This document shows, piece after piece, positions 1 through 13,800 of a DNA stretch of 64,000 bases; positions within the stretch are counted from its first letter, which is position 1, and each line of letters opens with the position of its first letter. The stretch is from Pecten maximus (taxonomy: Eukaryota). The notes under the pieces were generated by a model, which was given only the letters and a program-made list of their open reading frames with translations, did no database searches and was not told the DNA's origin. The DNA is taken from assembly GCF_902652985.1 (NCBI RefSeq), contig NC_047022.1, positions 12,772,001-12,836,000 of the forward strand. Reading direction: 5' to 3'. A program made the translations under genes and the position numbers.

Positions 1-2289
1 TGTTGTTTCTGTACATGTCTCTTGTTGTTTCTGTACATGTCTCTTGTTGTAACTGTACATGTCTCTTGTTGTTTCTGTACGTGTCTCTTGTTGTTACTGT
101 ACATGTCTTGTTGTTTCTGTACATGTCTCTTGTTGTTTCTGTACATGTCTCTTGTTGTAACTGTACATGTCTCTTGTTGTTTCTGTACGTGTCTCTTGTT
201 GTTACTGTACATGTCTTGTTGTTTCTGTACATGTCTCTTGTTGTTTCTATACATGTCTCTTGCTGTTTCTGTACATGTCTCTTGTTGTTACTGTACATGT
301 CTCTTGTTGTTTCTGTTCATGTCTCTTGTTGTTTCTGTACATTTCTCTTGTTGTTTCTGTACACTTCTCATGTTGTTTATATACATGTCTTGTTGTTTCT
401 GTACATGTCTCTTGCTGTTTCTGTACATTTCTCTTGCTGTTTCTGTACATGTCTCTTGTTGTTTCTGTACACGTATCTTGTTGTTTCTGTACACTTCTCT
501 TGTTGTTTCTGTACACTTCTCTTGCTGTTTCTGTACACTTCTCTTGCTGTTTCTGTACGTGTCTCTTGTTGTTTCTGTACATGTCTTGTTGTTTCTGTAC
601 ACTTCTCTTGTTGTTTCTGTACATGTCTCTTGTTGTAACTGTACATGTCTCTTGTTGTTTCTGTACACTTCTCTTGTTGTTTCTGTACACTTCTCTTGCT
701 GTTTCTGTACACTTCTCTTGCTGTTTCTGTACATGTCTCTTGTTGTTTCTGTACACGTATCTTGTTGTTTCTGTACACGTATCTTGTTGTTTCTGTACAT
801 GTCTCTTGTTGTTTCTATACATGTCTCTTGCTGTTTCTGTACATGTCTCTTGTTGTTACTGTACATGTCTCTTGTTGTTTCTGTACGTGTCTCTTGTTGT
901 TTCTGTACATGTCTTGTTTCTGTACACTTCTCTTGTTGTTTCTGTACATGTCTCTTGTTGTTTCTGTACACTTCTCTTGTTGTTTCTGTACACTTCTCTT
1001 GTTGTTTCTATACATGTCTTGTTGTTTCTGTACATGTCTCTTGCTGTTTCTGTACACTTCTCTTGCTGTTTCTGTACATGTCTCTTGTTGTAACTGTACA
1101 TGTCTCTTGTTGTTTCTGTACACTTCTCTTGTTGTTTCTGTACACTTCTCTTGCTGTTTCTGTACACTTCTCTTGCTGTTTCTGTACATGTCTCTTGTTG
1201 TTTCTGTACACGTATCTTGTTGTTTCTGTACACTTCTCTTGTTGTTACTGTACATGTCTTGTTGTTTCTGTACATGTCTCTTGTTGTTTCTATACATGTC
1301 TCTTGCTGTTTCTGTACATGTCTCTTGTTGTTACTGTACATGTCTCTTGTTGTTTCTGTACATGTCTTGTTTCTGTACACTTCTCTTGTTGTTTCTGTAC
1401 ACTTCTCTTGTTGTTTCTGTACACTTCTCTTGTTGTTTCTATACATGTCTTGTTGTTTCTGTACATGTCTCTTGCTGTTTCTGTACACTTCTCTTGCTGT
1501 TTCTGTACATGTCTCTTGTTGTTTCTGTACATGTCTCTTGTTGTTTCTGTACACGTATCTTGTTGTTTCTGTACACTTCTCTTGTTGTTTCTGTACACTT
1601 CTCTTGCTGTTTCTGTACATGTCTCTTGTTGTTACTGTACATGTCTCTTGTTGTTTCTGTACGTGTCTCTTGTTGTTTCTGTACATGTCTTGTTGTTTCT
1701 GTACACTTCTCTTGTTGTTTCTGTACATGTCTCTTGTTGTAACTTACATGTCTCTTGTTGTTTCTGTACACTTCTCTTGTTATTTCTGTACACTTCTCTT
1801 GCTGTTTCTGTACACTTCTCTTGCTGTTTCTGTACATGTCTCTTGTTTCTGTACACTTCTCTTGTTGTTTCTGTACACTTCTCTTGTTGTTTCTGTACAC
1901 TTCTCTTGCTGTTTCTGTACATGTCTCTTGTTGTAACTGTACATGTCTCTTGTTGTTTCTGTACACTTCTCTTTTTGTTTCTGTACACTTCTCTTGCTGT
2001 TTCTGTACACTTCTCTTGCTGTTTCTGTACATGTCTCTTGTTTCTGTACACTTCTCTTGTTGTTTCTGTACACTTCTCTTGTTGTTTCTGTACACTTCTC
2101 TTGCTGTTTCTGTACATGTCTCTTGTTGTTACTGTACATGTCTCTTGTTGTTTCTGTACGTGTCTCTTGTTGTTTCTGTACATGTCTTGTTGTTTCTGTA
2201 CACTTCTCTTGTTGTTTCTGTACATGTCTCTTGTTGTAACTGTACATGTCTCTTGTTGTTTCTGTACACTTCTTTTGTTGTTTCTGTAG
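1..2289. repeat. 22-bp tandem array (TTGTTGTTTCTGTACATGTCTC / ...CACTTCTC variants), intronic in GRK2, truncated by the window start
   Basis: About 100 visible units; the last unit ends TTTCTGTAG and forms the splice acceptor of the next exon. Confidence 0.97.
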
Positions 2290-2390
2290 AATGTTGAGCT
2301 GCCTGATTCCATGACCTGTGAGATGAAGGCGCTGTTGGAAGGACTACTACAGCGGAGTGTAGATGACCGGCTAGGCTGTATGGGCAGAGG
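2290..2390 (+). CDS. GRK2: GRK2/3 (beta-adrenergic receptor kinase) exon, end of kinase domain
   Basis: tag|AAT...AGAGG|gtaggc; translates [33 protein letters not shown](G), matching the GRK2 ELPDS...[12 protein letters not shown] segment; phase 0 to 2. Confidence 0.93.
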
Positions 2391-3882
2391 GTAGGCATGT
2401 TAAAATTGATGGAAGACAAATCTCATAATCTAGTTATTTATGAATATCAGTTATTAACTGGTTCCATTCTTTATTGAATTACCCTTTGTCCGTGTTTTGT
2501 CCATCATCCCATCAATAAATCCACAATCAACTCTTGTTGATATCTCTAAGGATCTAAAGGGCAGACCTTTTACAACTAAGGTACTTATGTTTGACTTGGG
2601 ACCAAGCTGTACTGCTAGCATCATTTCCGTTTTGCTTGTAGGTTTAAAAACATTATGGCCATCAGGCAGACATATTGGATTTCTGTGTCAAAATCTTGTT
2701 AACACCATTTTTCAGATAATTATGGGCAGATCTAAATTTTAAAAATTATTATCTCACCTGCCCATTGGGCCACTTATTAGCTGAATAACATTGCACATTC
2801 AGTGGTATTTTTGTGGTCTTTTTGTTTGTTTGTTTCCATCCATTCGACCCTCCTATCATTTTTTTGGGAACCAGGGGGACTATGAAGATTTCATTGGTCC
2901 TTCACTCTGACCGACATTTTGACCTTTGATATTGATGTACCAAATGAAGGAACTGTTATTCCAAATTGTCCTTTTTATCCTTATTAATGGGGGACATTGA
3001 AATCTTTCCCAACTCGGGATTCACATCGTCCCTAGTTCTACAACATTGTATTTGGTTATAGATATGTCGAGTTCTCTTGTCCTTATTTCATATAAATCAA
3101 TAAAAAGGTCATCTGACATGGAAGGGCACTGATCTTATTAGAGTCCTTTAACATATACACTGATGTCTAGAGGTAATGCATTCCTGGTTTTAACCCCACC
3201 CACATTATTAAATTTGTAGAAATAGAAATATAATGATACTGTATAGAGTTTGACACTTATGCCAGACTGAGAGCCTGCAGCGAGCTAGTGTAAATCAATA
3301 CTGGAACAGCAGACACAATCTGCATGGTCGCCCACTGGGATTCCTGATTATAATTCCAGGACTCTGTAACATCAGGGAAATGATGATTTTGTCTAGTGTT
3401 ATTGGCCATTTTATAAAGATTTGAGTGTTTAAGAAAGCTCACACTTATTAAAACATTTGCTTTTGACAAAAAACATTCAGAAATGATCAAACTCAGGATG
3501 AAACTGATACATTCTTAATAAAGAAGGATAACTCAGAGAGAAAAAAATTCATATCCCAATTTCAGTTATTTATGAGGGTGTGAAAGCACATTCTTGTTTA
3601 TTTCTTTAAGAAATTAGCTACATTGGGATGCATGAGATGTATATATGAATATATAATATAAAGTTTTTTTTTTTGAGGATATGATTTGTTCATTTTCAAG
3701 CTAATACTGTAAAGAATTGATAAAGTTTGGAAGGTCTCCCAATACAGAATTTAGAACCTATGTAAAAAAAAAAAAAAAAATTACACCACACCTAATTTCT
3801 TCCAATATAGAATTTAGAACCTATGTAAAAAAAATAAAAAATTACACCACACCTACAAGCTAACACTGTAAAGAATTGATAA

Positions 3883-4172
3883 AGTTTGTTTGTTTGCTGG
3901 GTTTATTGCCCCGTGAACAGCCAGGGTCATTTTGAGGCAGAGTCCCCTCGTAGTAGTTGGTGACCAACTCACTGAACAACATAAGGAGGCCTGTTACATG
4001 CCGTCCAGAGAAGTGTAAAGTTTCTTGCCCACGGACACCACCATTACAGCACAGACTGGCCCGTTTTTCAGCTTCACGAGAAACACAAACTCACATGGGT
4101 CGGGATTGTCAAACCACGCCCCTCAGACCTTTACCTGACGTTATGTGGCTGGTGTACTGACTGAGCTATTGC
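3883..4172 (-). mobile_element. tRNA-derived SINE with a CORE-like central segment and (AAAC)n tail
   Basis: Flanked by a 15-bp direct repeat GTAAAGAATTGATAA (3868-3882 and 4173-4187). Minus strand reads TAGCTCAGTCAGTA (A-box-like), GTGTCCGTGGGCAAGAAACTTTAC (CORE-like), then AAATGACCCTGGCTGTT and CAAACAAACAAAC. Confidence 0.75.
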
Positions 4173-4349
4173 GTAAAGAATTGATAACCAGCAAATGTTC
4201 AACGCCAATGACCTATAAAATCGGGGCTGCTCTGAGTTGCTGTTTATCCCATGAGAAATTATACCACACAGATTCTTTTAAAATAAAAAACTTCAATCAT
4301 GTATAAAAAATCTTCATCTTCCTTTATTCTCTGATATTCCCATTTACAG

Positions 4350-4512
4350 AGCCCAAGAGGTGAAGGAACATCCATTTTTCCGAACCATTGATTGGACTCA
4401 GGTATATCTCCAGAAATATACCCCGCCTCTCATACCCCCGCGGGGCGAGGTCAATGCAGCCGATGCTTTTGATATTGGATCTTTTGATGAGGAAGACACA
4501 AAAGGCATTAAA
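4350..4512 (+). CDS. GRK2: GRK2/3 exon, AGC C-terminal tail
   Basis: cag|A...AAA|gtaagt; [54 protein letters not shown], the hallmark GRK2/3 sequence. Confidence 0.97.
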
Positions 4513-4813
4513 GTAAGTCATAGGTCATGAAAAGAAAAAAGAAGAATTACCCAGTTACTGAAAAGTGTATAAGTCTGATCATTAAGATTCATTTAACAAT
4601 TTCCTCAAAGATGTAATGATGAAAAAAATCATAACAGATATCATTTGCTTAGATGTTGTCCAGTTCATATTTTGAGTTTCAATATCAAAATGAGTGTCTT
4701 GTGTGCAATAATATATTTACATAATATTTCTTGAGAAAACAAACAGAAAAAGTCTTGTTTTTGCACAAAATCAAACTTTGTTGATAGAAGAAATAACAAT
4801 GTTGTGGTTTTAG

Positions 4814-4976
4814 TTAGCCGAAGCTGACCAAGAACTGTACCGGAACTTTCCATTGGTTGTCTCGGAGAGATGGCAACAAGAGGTGGCTGAAACCGTATTC
4901 GAGGCTATTAACACAGATACAGACAAGCTAGAACAGAAACGCAAGCAAAAACCAAGAATAGATGATGTGGATGTTG
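4814..4976 (+). CDS. GRK2: GRK2/3 exon
   Basis: tag|TTA...G|gtaggt; [54 protein letters not shown]. Confidence 0.95.
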
Positions 4977-5760
4977 GTAGGTATAAAACATCCAGGAGAA
5001 AGTATTGAACTGTCCTCTTTTTGAATTAAAAAATAGAGAAAATTAGAAAGTAGAGAAAAGGACATCAACTTTGAAGTATTTACATGTGTTCCTCTGAAAT
5101 AAAGAACAGACTCATACATTTTCCTTGTTTAACGAATTAATCTAAACACATTTGCTTGTTTTCTATGGTTGTTAGTTTCGGTAAATAATTTTGAGAATAA
5201 TCTCTTGAACAGAAAGTCATTCATTAATTCTTTTAGACTAACAAGAAGAAAGATATTGCAAACAGATATCAAAAATCTCTTTTTCGTATACATTAGTAAT
5301 AATTTCACCATATGATCAAGAGGAGAGTTTAGGATAGTTTACATAGACAAATTAAAAATGTAGAATGCGATATTCACTAAGATCCCTTTGGAAATGTCTT
5401 GTCATTATGAATAAAAAGGGAGTTTTGCTGATAATTTGTGTCAAAAATGAGGGTCATGAATTGTCTCCCTCCAAAATAGGTAGGGTTGACCAGTACATAT
5501 AGAGAATGAACAGTTTCAATATTCAAAATAGATATCAAGATGGGTCGTAGTCGTGAGTATTGCCTTTGTTGTTAAAACAGATAAATAACTTCACATAAGA
5601 CGTGTTCGGCCTAGCACTATCACTTATGAGAAAAGCGAGTGTGAGTGTGCAGAGATGACACGTACAAGGGGTGTGTTCACAAACAGTGCTGATGTGACAG
5701 GTCAGCCAGAGGGCCGAAAGGAAGAGAATTTAGACGTGATTTCCTGTTTAAATAATGATC

Positions 5761-5851
5761 ATAACCTTTTCACCCCTACTGGCCATACTGGACTTCAAAT
5801 GATGAATGAATGGTAGAGTCCACTAAAGTTTCTTAGGGTTGAAAGGGTTAA
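5761..5851. mobile_element. ~90-bp MITE with piggyBac-like termini
   Basis: Terminal inverted repeats ATAACCTTTTCACCCCT ... AGGGTTGAAAGGGTTAA (TTAA-CCCT/AGGG-TTAA pattern, left end degenerate). Confidence 0.55.
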
Positions 5852-6643
5852 TCAGCTCTCTAGGAACCTGTAGAACATTACCAGCCAATGTTATAGAATG
5901 TCTCCATCTAGGATTGGTACTAAAGGGGAATAACTCTGTATTAAAGACACACAATCACGTAATTAAATACTACTTGATCTGTGAAAGTTAAATACAGAAC
6001 AAACAGGAGTCAGCCCAAGATTCCTTTGGGTTTTTGTTGTTGTCATTTTAGGAACAAAATTGGTGAATGGTTAAGGAAATTTTCATGAGGAAATATAATT
6101 CAGAATATGACTTTAATATAAATAATTGCATTATATTGCATGCAGAAATGAAATCTATTATCATGCCAGGAAAAAGATATAAGAAAAAAAAAATCTCCAC
6201 CCAGCATTAAAATGTTCTTATAACGTCCGAAGTTTGATTATGATTGGTTTGTGCTATATCTAAGTTGTTTAACACTGATATCACTGGACATTGAAACATA
6301 TCTTTGTCACCAGAAGGTGAAGAGAATGCTCTAGGTCTATTTACACTCTCAGACCTAGAAAGAGTTCACTGGTAACATTGGAATTACATGTACATTTTTT
6401 GTGTTCATAATAGGAAAACTTGACTAATTAAATTACTACCAGATAATCTTATATTCAGGCAATATCTTTCTATCAAAGTCTTAAAAGATATATTTTTTAT
6501 GTTATTTGAAAGCATAATTATAAGATACTGATTTTTTGAAAGGTGAAAGCTTCATTCAATTATGCCTTCAAAATTCAGTAGAATGTAGGAATAGATGGCA
6601 AAGAGGAAAAATCTTATGTTGAAGTTTTTGTGTGTTTTTGAAG

Positions 6644-6798
6644 GTCCTACCGACTGTATAGTGGAGGGAGAAGTACTAAAGCTGGGAGGACCATTTCTAC
6701 AAACATGGCAGAAGAAACACCTCAAATTGTATCCTAATAGATTAGAATTTTACAGCAAGAACAAAGATGGCCAGGTGGTCCGAGGCAAAGGGGTAGAG
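6644..6798 (+). CDS. GRK2: GRK2/3 exon, start of PH domain
   Basis: aag|GT...GAG|gtatgt; (G)PTDCIVEGEVLKLGGPFLQTWQKKHLKLYPNRLEFYSKNKDGQVVRGKGVE; phase 1 matches the previous exon. Confidence 0.93.
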
Positions 6799-7150
6799 GT
6801 ATGTCTGGTAGAGTTTCCGTATTTATCCATAAATAACCCCTTCTCACAGATAAGCCCCTACTCGATAGAATATGAGGCAAAGTGTAGAGGTATGTCTGGT
6901 AGAGTTACCGTAATTATCCATAAATAACCCACACACACAGATGAGCCCCCACTCGGTAGACTCTGACATTAGAGGCAAAGGGGTTGAGGTATGTCTGGTA
7001 GACTTACTGTACTTATATCCATAAATAACCCCAATGCACACAGATAAGTTCCCTGCCCCTACCCATATCCCCAAACTGGTAGGATCTGACATCGGAGGCA
7101 AAGGGGTTTGGGTATGTCTCATAGACTTACTGTACTTATATCCATTAATA
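6782..7150 (+). repeat. Four diverged ~90-120-bp tandem copies of the GRK2 exon end plus 5' splice site
   Basis: GAGGCAAAGGGGTAGAG|GTATGTCTGGTAGA recurs at about 6782, 6874, 6972 and 7095. Confidence 0.8.
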
Positions 7151-7335
7151 ACTCGGCCTGTAAACCTGTTGGTCAGGAATGTTTTACTATATAACATTAT
7201 ACAAGTAGAAAAGCTTGATAACAGTTGTACATATATTACCAATGTCATTTGTATATTGAGTAAATATAAAACCCCTGTCACCTTATTATTTTATTCATTA
7301 AGAAATACCTAATTGACAATTTTTTTTAATTGCAG

Positions 7336-7452
7336 TTGGTGTCGATGTTGGACATCAGAGAAGTGTATCAAGAATTTCAGAAGCTGAACAAAACAGAAAA
7401 CTGTATAGTTATAGTACAGAAAAACGACACAAAGCTAGCCATTACATCTCCT
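7336..7452 (+). CDS. GRK2: GRK2/3 exon, PH domain
   Basis: cag|TTG...CCT|gtaagt, 117 nt; LVSMLDIREVYQEFQKLNKTENCIVIVQKNDTKLAITSP. Confidence 0.88.
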
Positions 7453-8067
7453 GTAAGTGGAACTGGCAAATCATTCAAACTACAATGGAAAATGACATGT
7501 ATTTCATGATGAATTGCTGAATACTGCAATAAGAATTTGATTTTTCTGCTGAAGTAGTTTCTAAATTATAACCGAAAGTCCTGATTGGTGTTTTGATTGC
7601 AATTAACAATTTTGCAATTAACTTAATTATTTCCTATTCATTTTGGGAATAATAGGTCTGGAATTAGATTTTTCTGGTAAATGAATTATTCTGGATTGAT
7701 GAACTTAGGTATGTTTTAACTGCATTTGAACTAATTTAAGTTGGCTTTCCAGTGAGATTTTTTTTTTCTTTTTTTTTTTTTGCTTTAGTAATTTCAAACT
7801 TAAATACATTGAAAGATACAACAGACATCTTTTCAGCTAGGATCAGTATACCGCAAAATGACATCATTTAGATTTAATCTTATTTTAGTGGTTTTCACAC
7901 TGAAATCATTCGGATAAATTATGATTGCGCTAAATGAAGTTTTTTTTTCTATTGAAAATACTCCCAATTCCTCTTTTGCCCTAAAAGTAGGGTGAACACA
8001 TATGATATGTTTAAAGTGTGATTCAGTCACATTGATGTTTGTATTTATTTATTTATTTTTTTCGCAG

Positions 8068-8247
8068 GACCGGGTACTGATAAACCAATGGAAGGATGAG
8101 ATTATCAGTGGATATAAAACCTCTACACAAATGATGGCTCAGATGACAACTAAAGCTAGCAAGATGTACGGTGCGGCTATCGCCAATAGCCCTAGCTCAG
8201 AAAACTTCAAACCCCCTCTAGAACATAGAAACAGTAATGGAAGCTAG
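8068..8247 (+). CDS. GRK2: GRK2/3 last coding exon
   Basis: Strong acceptor (T-rich tract, cgcag); DRVLINQWKDEI...PLEHRNSNGS*, with the PH-domain Trp helix and a GRK3-like HRNSNG terminus. Confidence 0.92.
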   Translation, partial: DRVLINQWKDEIISGYKTSTQMMAQMTTKASKMYGAAIANSPSSENFKPPLEHRNSNGS

Positions 8248-10344
8248 GCTAAAACCCATTTAGTCAGAATTATCGTGTCAGAAACAAGTGTAGCTTACCA
8301 GTGGGCGTCGTGTGAGATAACAGCTGTAGCTATGTGAATGGAATCTCCTCACCAGTTGTGAATGTCAACCTTGTTTCTATAACAAACTTATCTATTGGAT
8401 GACAGTTTGTTCCAAAACTGAGATTGGTGGTTCTCACTGTGGGATAAAATGATAATTTCAAACGAAACCTAGGAATATACATGTGTTCTACCATAGATCT
8501 GATGCAAATCCAATATATAAAGCTGTTCGGGAAAGCTGCACACTTGTCAGTCAGCAGAGACGAAGTCCTTGTCCGGCACGGTGGATGTATATTGTGTACT
8601 TCTTTGGCTGGAATGAATATTTACCTATATTTATAATATTTATTCATTTTGTGCCAATCATCAATTATCTGAAAAACTAAACAAGTGAGATGGCGGAGTG
8701 GAAATGAATATTGCGGGGATTGAAAGAAAATTGTCATCAAAAGACAGATGTGCTTCAAGGCTGTGATTGGTTATCTAAGCATCTAGTGTCCTAGTTACGC
8801 CGTGACACACCATCCAATGGAAGGGCTGATGGCATATATTTCAAACCTGGTCTGACATTTTAATTTACATGCTACAATTTTTATTTTATCTGTGATTTCT
8901 AATTGTTATGATGATGTACATTTCATATACTTGCATTTTGTGATTGAATTGGCAAACAAGGAAGACAGTGTTACTCTTTAGTACATGTTCAGGTAGTTAT
9001 CGTATAAACCCTGTTTTATGCATACCTGGTATTTAGATCTGACCTCTGACCTTTGTGCTAAAAGGGGGATGATCTCTGTGTGTGTTTTAAACCTCCCCTA
9101 ACAGTCGTAAATGTTATCACAAATTCTTATTTTAGAAGTTTATCCAATTTTCCCCCCATTTTCATATAGTTACTCTTAAACATTTAACCATGTCATTTGA
9201 AAATGTTTCTAAGAATTTTTGAACTTCTCTGTGTACAGAGTATGATGTCAGCCCTGTGAAGGGTTCCAACCATGTATTTTGTATCAGGCTCTTAAAATGT
9301 GGACAAAAGATAATGCGGAGACAAATTGTCTTTGTCATTTGATTTGCTTTAAAAATTGTTGAAATCTTGTATGAATACTTATAACCATTGTTTAGACACG
9401 TTTTTGAAATAGCTTTATAATTTCATCATGTGACGACATTTTTACTGATGATGGAATTTGTTTTTATGGGGGGTTACCAGGGTAGTTCTTGTTGAAGGAT
9501 TCCTTAGTGATGAAAGCATTGGTCAGTGTATCACGATCTATCTCTGATAGAAAACCACGACGTTTTTGATTGAAACATTCATAAAACCATTATTAAAATG
9601 TAGTATATTGTGATCAGTGTATATCACTGGAATCCTAATTAGAACTCAGCTTTATAATTCGTCCGACGATATAGATTTTGTTTCCTTTTTGAAAAATAAA
9701 ATTATGGCCACATAAGTTAATTTTCACCTAGCAATTATATGAAAAGTGCAAACTTGAAAGAATTCAAAAGCCTGATAAAGATGGATGAAAGTGAAGATTT
9801 TAAAAGTCCTTTTTTATCAAACTTAAAAGAAATCCATTTAATTAACAGATGTTTTTTTTAATGTTGACTAAGACTTCTGAAAGAGGTCTTGCTCATAGTC
9901 CATGCATATATTTTCAAGAGAAGTGTTGTACTACAACTACTTTATACATTTTAGAATACTGCAAGTTACTTGTGTAATATCGATAAAATGTATTAAACAG
10001 ATGAAGTTATTGACAAAATGATATAAAAATGTTGAAAGATTTTTCAAAAATTCAAATAAATAATGTAATGGTATTACAATTGTTTCTCAATTTAGATAGA
10101 CTATTTAATGATATTGGTAAATAAATAAAAAGTATCGAGCTATAATGAACCATTATCAATTCATAATTGAAGCAATTTTAATCAATGAATATTGTTTGAT
10201 TATTTGATAATATTGATTGATAATTACTGAAAAAGATTAATCAATATCAGTTGATTAAATGTTACTGATTAAAGATCAAACATATTGATCCGTTAGTGAT
10301 TAATACTTATTAATTATGAAACGGGATTGGTTAATATATTAGTA

Positions 10345-10745
10345 AATCATGATTGGTTGATTTATTAGCAAGACATGATTGGGTAATTTATTAGTAAGTC
10401 ATGATTGGTTAATATATTAGTAAATCATGATTGGTTGATTCATTAGTAAGTCGTGATTGGTTGATTTACATGTATCAGTAAGTCATGATTGGTTGATTTA
10501 TTAATAAGTCGTTATTGGTTGATTTATTAGTAAGTCGTGATTGGTTAATATATTAGTAAGTCATGATTGGTTAATATATTAGTAAGTCGTGATTGGTTGA
10601 TTTATTAGTAAGTCGTGATTGGTTGATTTATTAGTAAGTCGTGATTGGTTGATTTATTAGTAAGTCGTGATTGGTTTGATTTATTATTAAATCATGATTG
10701 GTTAATATATTAGTAAGTCGTGATTGGTTGATTTATTAGTAAGTG
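10345..10745. repeat. 26-bp minisatellite (GATTGGTTGATTTATTAGTAAGTCGT)
   Basis: About 15 visible units. Confidence 0.9.
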
Positions 10746-10807
10746 ATATTGCTTAATGATCAAACAAGATAGATATGTATGAAAAGAATGTAACGGTTAC
10801 TTAAAAT

Positions 10808-10879
10808 AATATAACTCGTCAGCTGACAGGCCACAAGGCTGTAATAGCGGACGTAAAACCTGTGAAATAAATAAATAAA
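10808..10879 (+). mobile_element. 5'-truncated SINE/LINE tail fragment
   Basis: GGCTGTAATAGCGGACGTAAAAC plus (AAAT)n resembles the SINE tail GGCTGTTAATAGGACGTTAAAC; ACTTAAAAT is repeated on both sides. Confidence 0.45.
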
Positions 10880-13800
10880 ACTTAAAATGTAACAAGATTA
10901 AGAGTATTGGTGAACAGTTTTATTAAGAACACATTTGAATTTTATTATAATTCCATCAGCTACAGTTCATCTACATGCAAGATCAAATACTTGTTGTCAA
11001 ATTTAAATTCAAATTTGGAATTTGAAATTTAATTTGAAGAACAATCTTACTTCTGTTTGTAATGCCATTAGCTACAATACATCACAAGATCAATTATCTT
11101 TGGTTAAGTCTTAAGACAATAATTTCTATTGTTATCCTTAAAACCATAATACAACATTATTGAAGCATGATATCGATGTTTGAAAGAATTTTAGAGTTAA
11201 GGATATGTCATTTGAATGTATACCCACAGTTAGAAAATATAGACTTTAAACTTTCACTATTTTACTTACATGTGTATCAAGGCATCAGGTCCTTTTTGAA
11301 GATTCTCAGCATAAGACATACATTCTGTTCTCAAAAAATAAAGATTATCTGAATAAAGGTGTTGAAATAGCAGAAAGAAAAAAAAATAAGTTTATAGTCT
11401 TTAGTTGTGTATTCATCCTTTCAAAACCAAAGAAAGTCACAGAGCTTATCTGTTCAACAAATCATATTATAGACAATTGCCAATGGAAGAACGTTTGATT
11501 ATAGCTCTTAGGGCCAGATGAGGTTATGGTGTAGTGACTATGATTGTCAATAGTCTGTACTTTGTCCAACATTTTCTTTTTAAGGCATTTTTATTGTAAC
11601 CATATGGTTAAGCAGCATGATAAATGGTTAGTAGATCCTTTATAGACTGGCAGTTTGTGAGAAGAAATGACAATGACTTAGTTTCAAGGTCAAATCAGTA
11701 ACTTCTGTAGAGGAAAAAAAACCTTAAGAAATGCTATTTAGTCATCAGCATGCAAGTATAATTTGTTACAAAGTTCGAAAAGAAACGACCTTGAACATTT
11801 GTGTCACATTCAAGGTCAAAGACTATTTATAATGATCCACTGGACTATTCATTAACTTTGGAGAATCTGCAGTTAATGTCTGGAAGTTATAAAGCAATAC
11901 TATATTCAGGATTGAGTGCTACTTCTCTGGAAATTTTTCAAATCAAACGGAATAAATACCACTGAAGAGGCAAGTTGTTTCGGCACATTAATTGGGACTC
12001 TTGCTGTTTTGTTTCTAAGTATGTTGAAATTGAAAAGTCACCTCGCCCCAAAACCGATATTTCAAAATGTGTAGATTTTCTTTTAAGAAATATTTGTAGG
12101 CTTCTTTTCTTGAACATGTAAGCTCTGTAATTTTTATAGCTTTGATGCTAGTTTCACCTGTTTTATATTTCTTCAACCCTGAAATCTTTCAAAGTTCCCA
12201 CAAAGATTGTTGATTCTATTATATATGTAATACATGGGAGCAAATGTTTTTATCATTTGGATGACCAAATATGTTAAGTTTGGATAGATATTTTATATTT
12301 ATGTATTATTACTAGTAAAGTGTTGCATCAGTGATATGATTGTAACAACAAAGTTAACAACCAATGAATATAAAGTTCTTATTTATATAATTACTAATAA
12401 ATGAAAATTGAGATACCATTTTATGTATCGGATATTGTATATAAACATTTTGAAAATGACATCTCGGGATTTGAAGTAAAATATTTTCAAAAATCTTTCT
12501 TTATTGATTAGTGTTTCTTTGACATTTACAAGCAGCAGTTGTTTTCTTCAGCAAAAAGAAAATAAGCAACTAAAAACCAAGTTTTAAGAACTATATAGCA
12601 CGGAAACTTAATTAAGGCATAGCTGAGTATTAACATCCTTATTATTATTCATAATGTAGCTATTCTGATTTTGTTTTTCATTTATATACAATATAATCAA
12701 AATAAAAACATTAAACTAAAGATTTAAATTGAACTTGTGACTCAAAATTGTATTAAACTTCCTACATTTGGATCTTGTACTGCATTTACCTTAAACAATA
12801 CAGAAATTAATTGAAGTTACATCATTATAATTGGCCATTGACGGTATCTCATTAGTCTAAAACATAATCTGGGATTTTGGGTTATTTCACAGTTTGGATA
12901 TGTTCAGTATGCTTATTCAGGTCCTAATTATATTTAAGGGCATGTTTACCTCATATTTTGTGATTTAATTTTTGTACACATATCAGATTTTGAAGCTTAT
13001 CTTCAATTTAACTGCTTTTGTATTTAGAGGCACCCTTAAACAAAACTTGATCTTTCACAAAAAGAGTTTGGCTGAAACTCTTGATTTCGCTATACATGTA
13101 ATGAAAAACCATTTAGGGCAAATTTTTACATATTTTCATTTAGTGAACATCTTCCATCATTTATAAAATTTGACCCGGTTGATCATGAAATGATTATACA
13201 TGCTTTATTAAATGTATAAAGTAATGTTGTTTTTCAAGATACTATAATTGTTAATATGGTTTTAGCTGAATGGTATTGTGCAGTTTTCTCCATGATTTCA
13301 TAAATGAAACCCTATTGGCATAAATTGATTTTTTATTTGAAATTTGATATTTTTTTTAGAGAAATAATTCTGAAATCATAAAATTTCATGTTTTCAAGGT
13401 TTTTTTTCAGCATAAGTCTTTGTAAAATACATGTTTAGCATATTCTGTTCTTTCTTGTAAATGTATACTCTTCTTGTCTTTATTGAGAGTCTGCTTGGTG
13501 TTATGGTCACCAAAGGCCTAGGTTGACATCAAATTGACCAATACTTGAATAATTTAACATAAATATTTCTCTTGGAAACCTAAAGCCTGTATGTTCCTGT
13601 CACATGTTCTTTGGTTCTAAATTATTGTGAGGAAAATTGGATTTGGGTTAGAGTGTTTTTTCTAGCTCTAGTACCTTGTAAAAATAATTCAACCTGAAAA
13701 ATACATCGTACAAAGTTTGAAAGAAGATGCATAAGAACATCATAAAACATAGACCATCATTTTTTGCTTTCAGAAAAATACTGCTTGTTTGTAAATTTTG

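Noticed and set aside
3-2312. Many long ORFs (up to 755 aa) on both strands
   Set aside because: Products of a stop-poor 22-bp repeat cycling through frames; the region is a GRK2 intron.
5690-5740. Possible GRK2 micro-exon (acag|GTCAGCCAGAGGGCCGAAAG...)
   Set aside because: Weak pyrimidine tract and donor; the flanking exons already join in phase.
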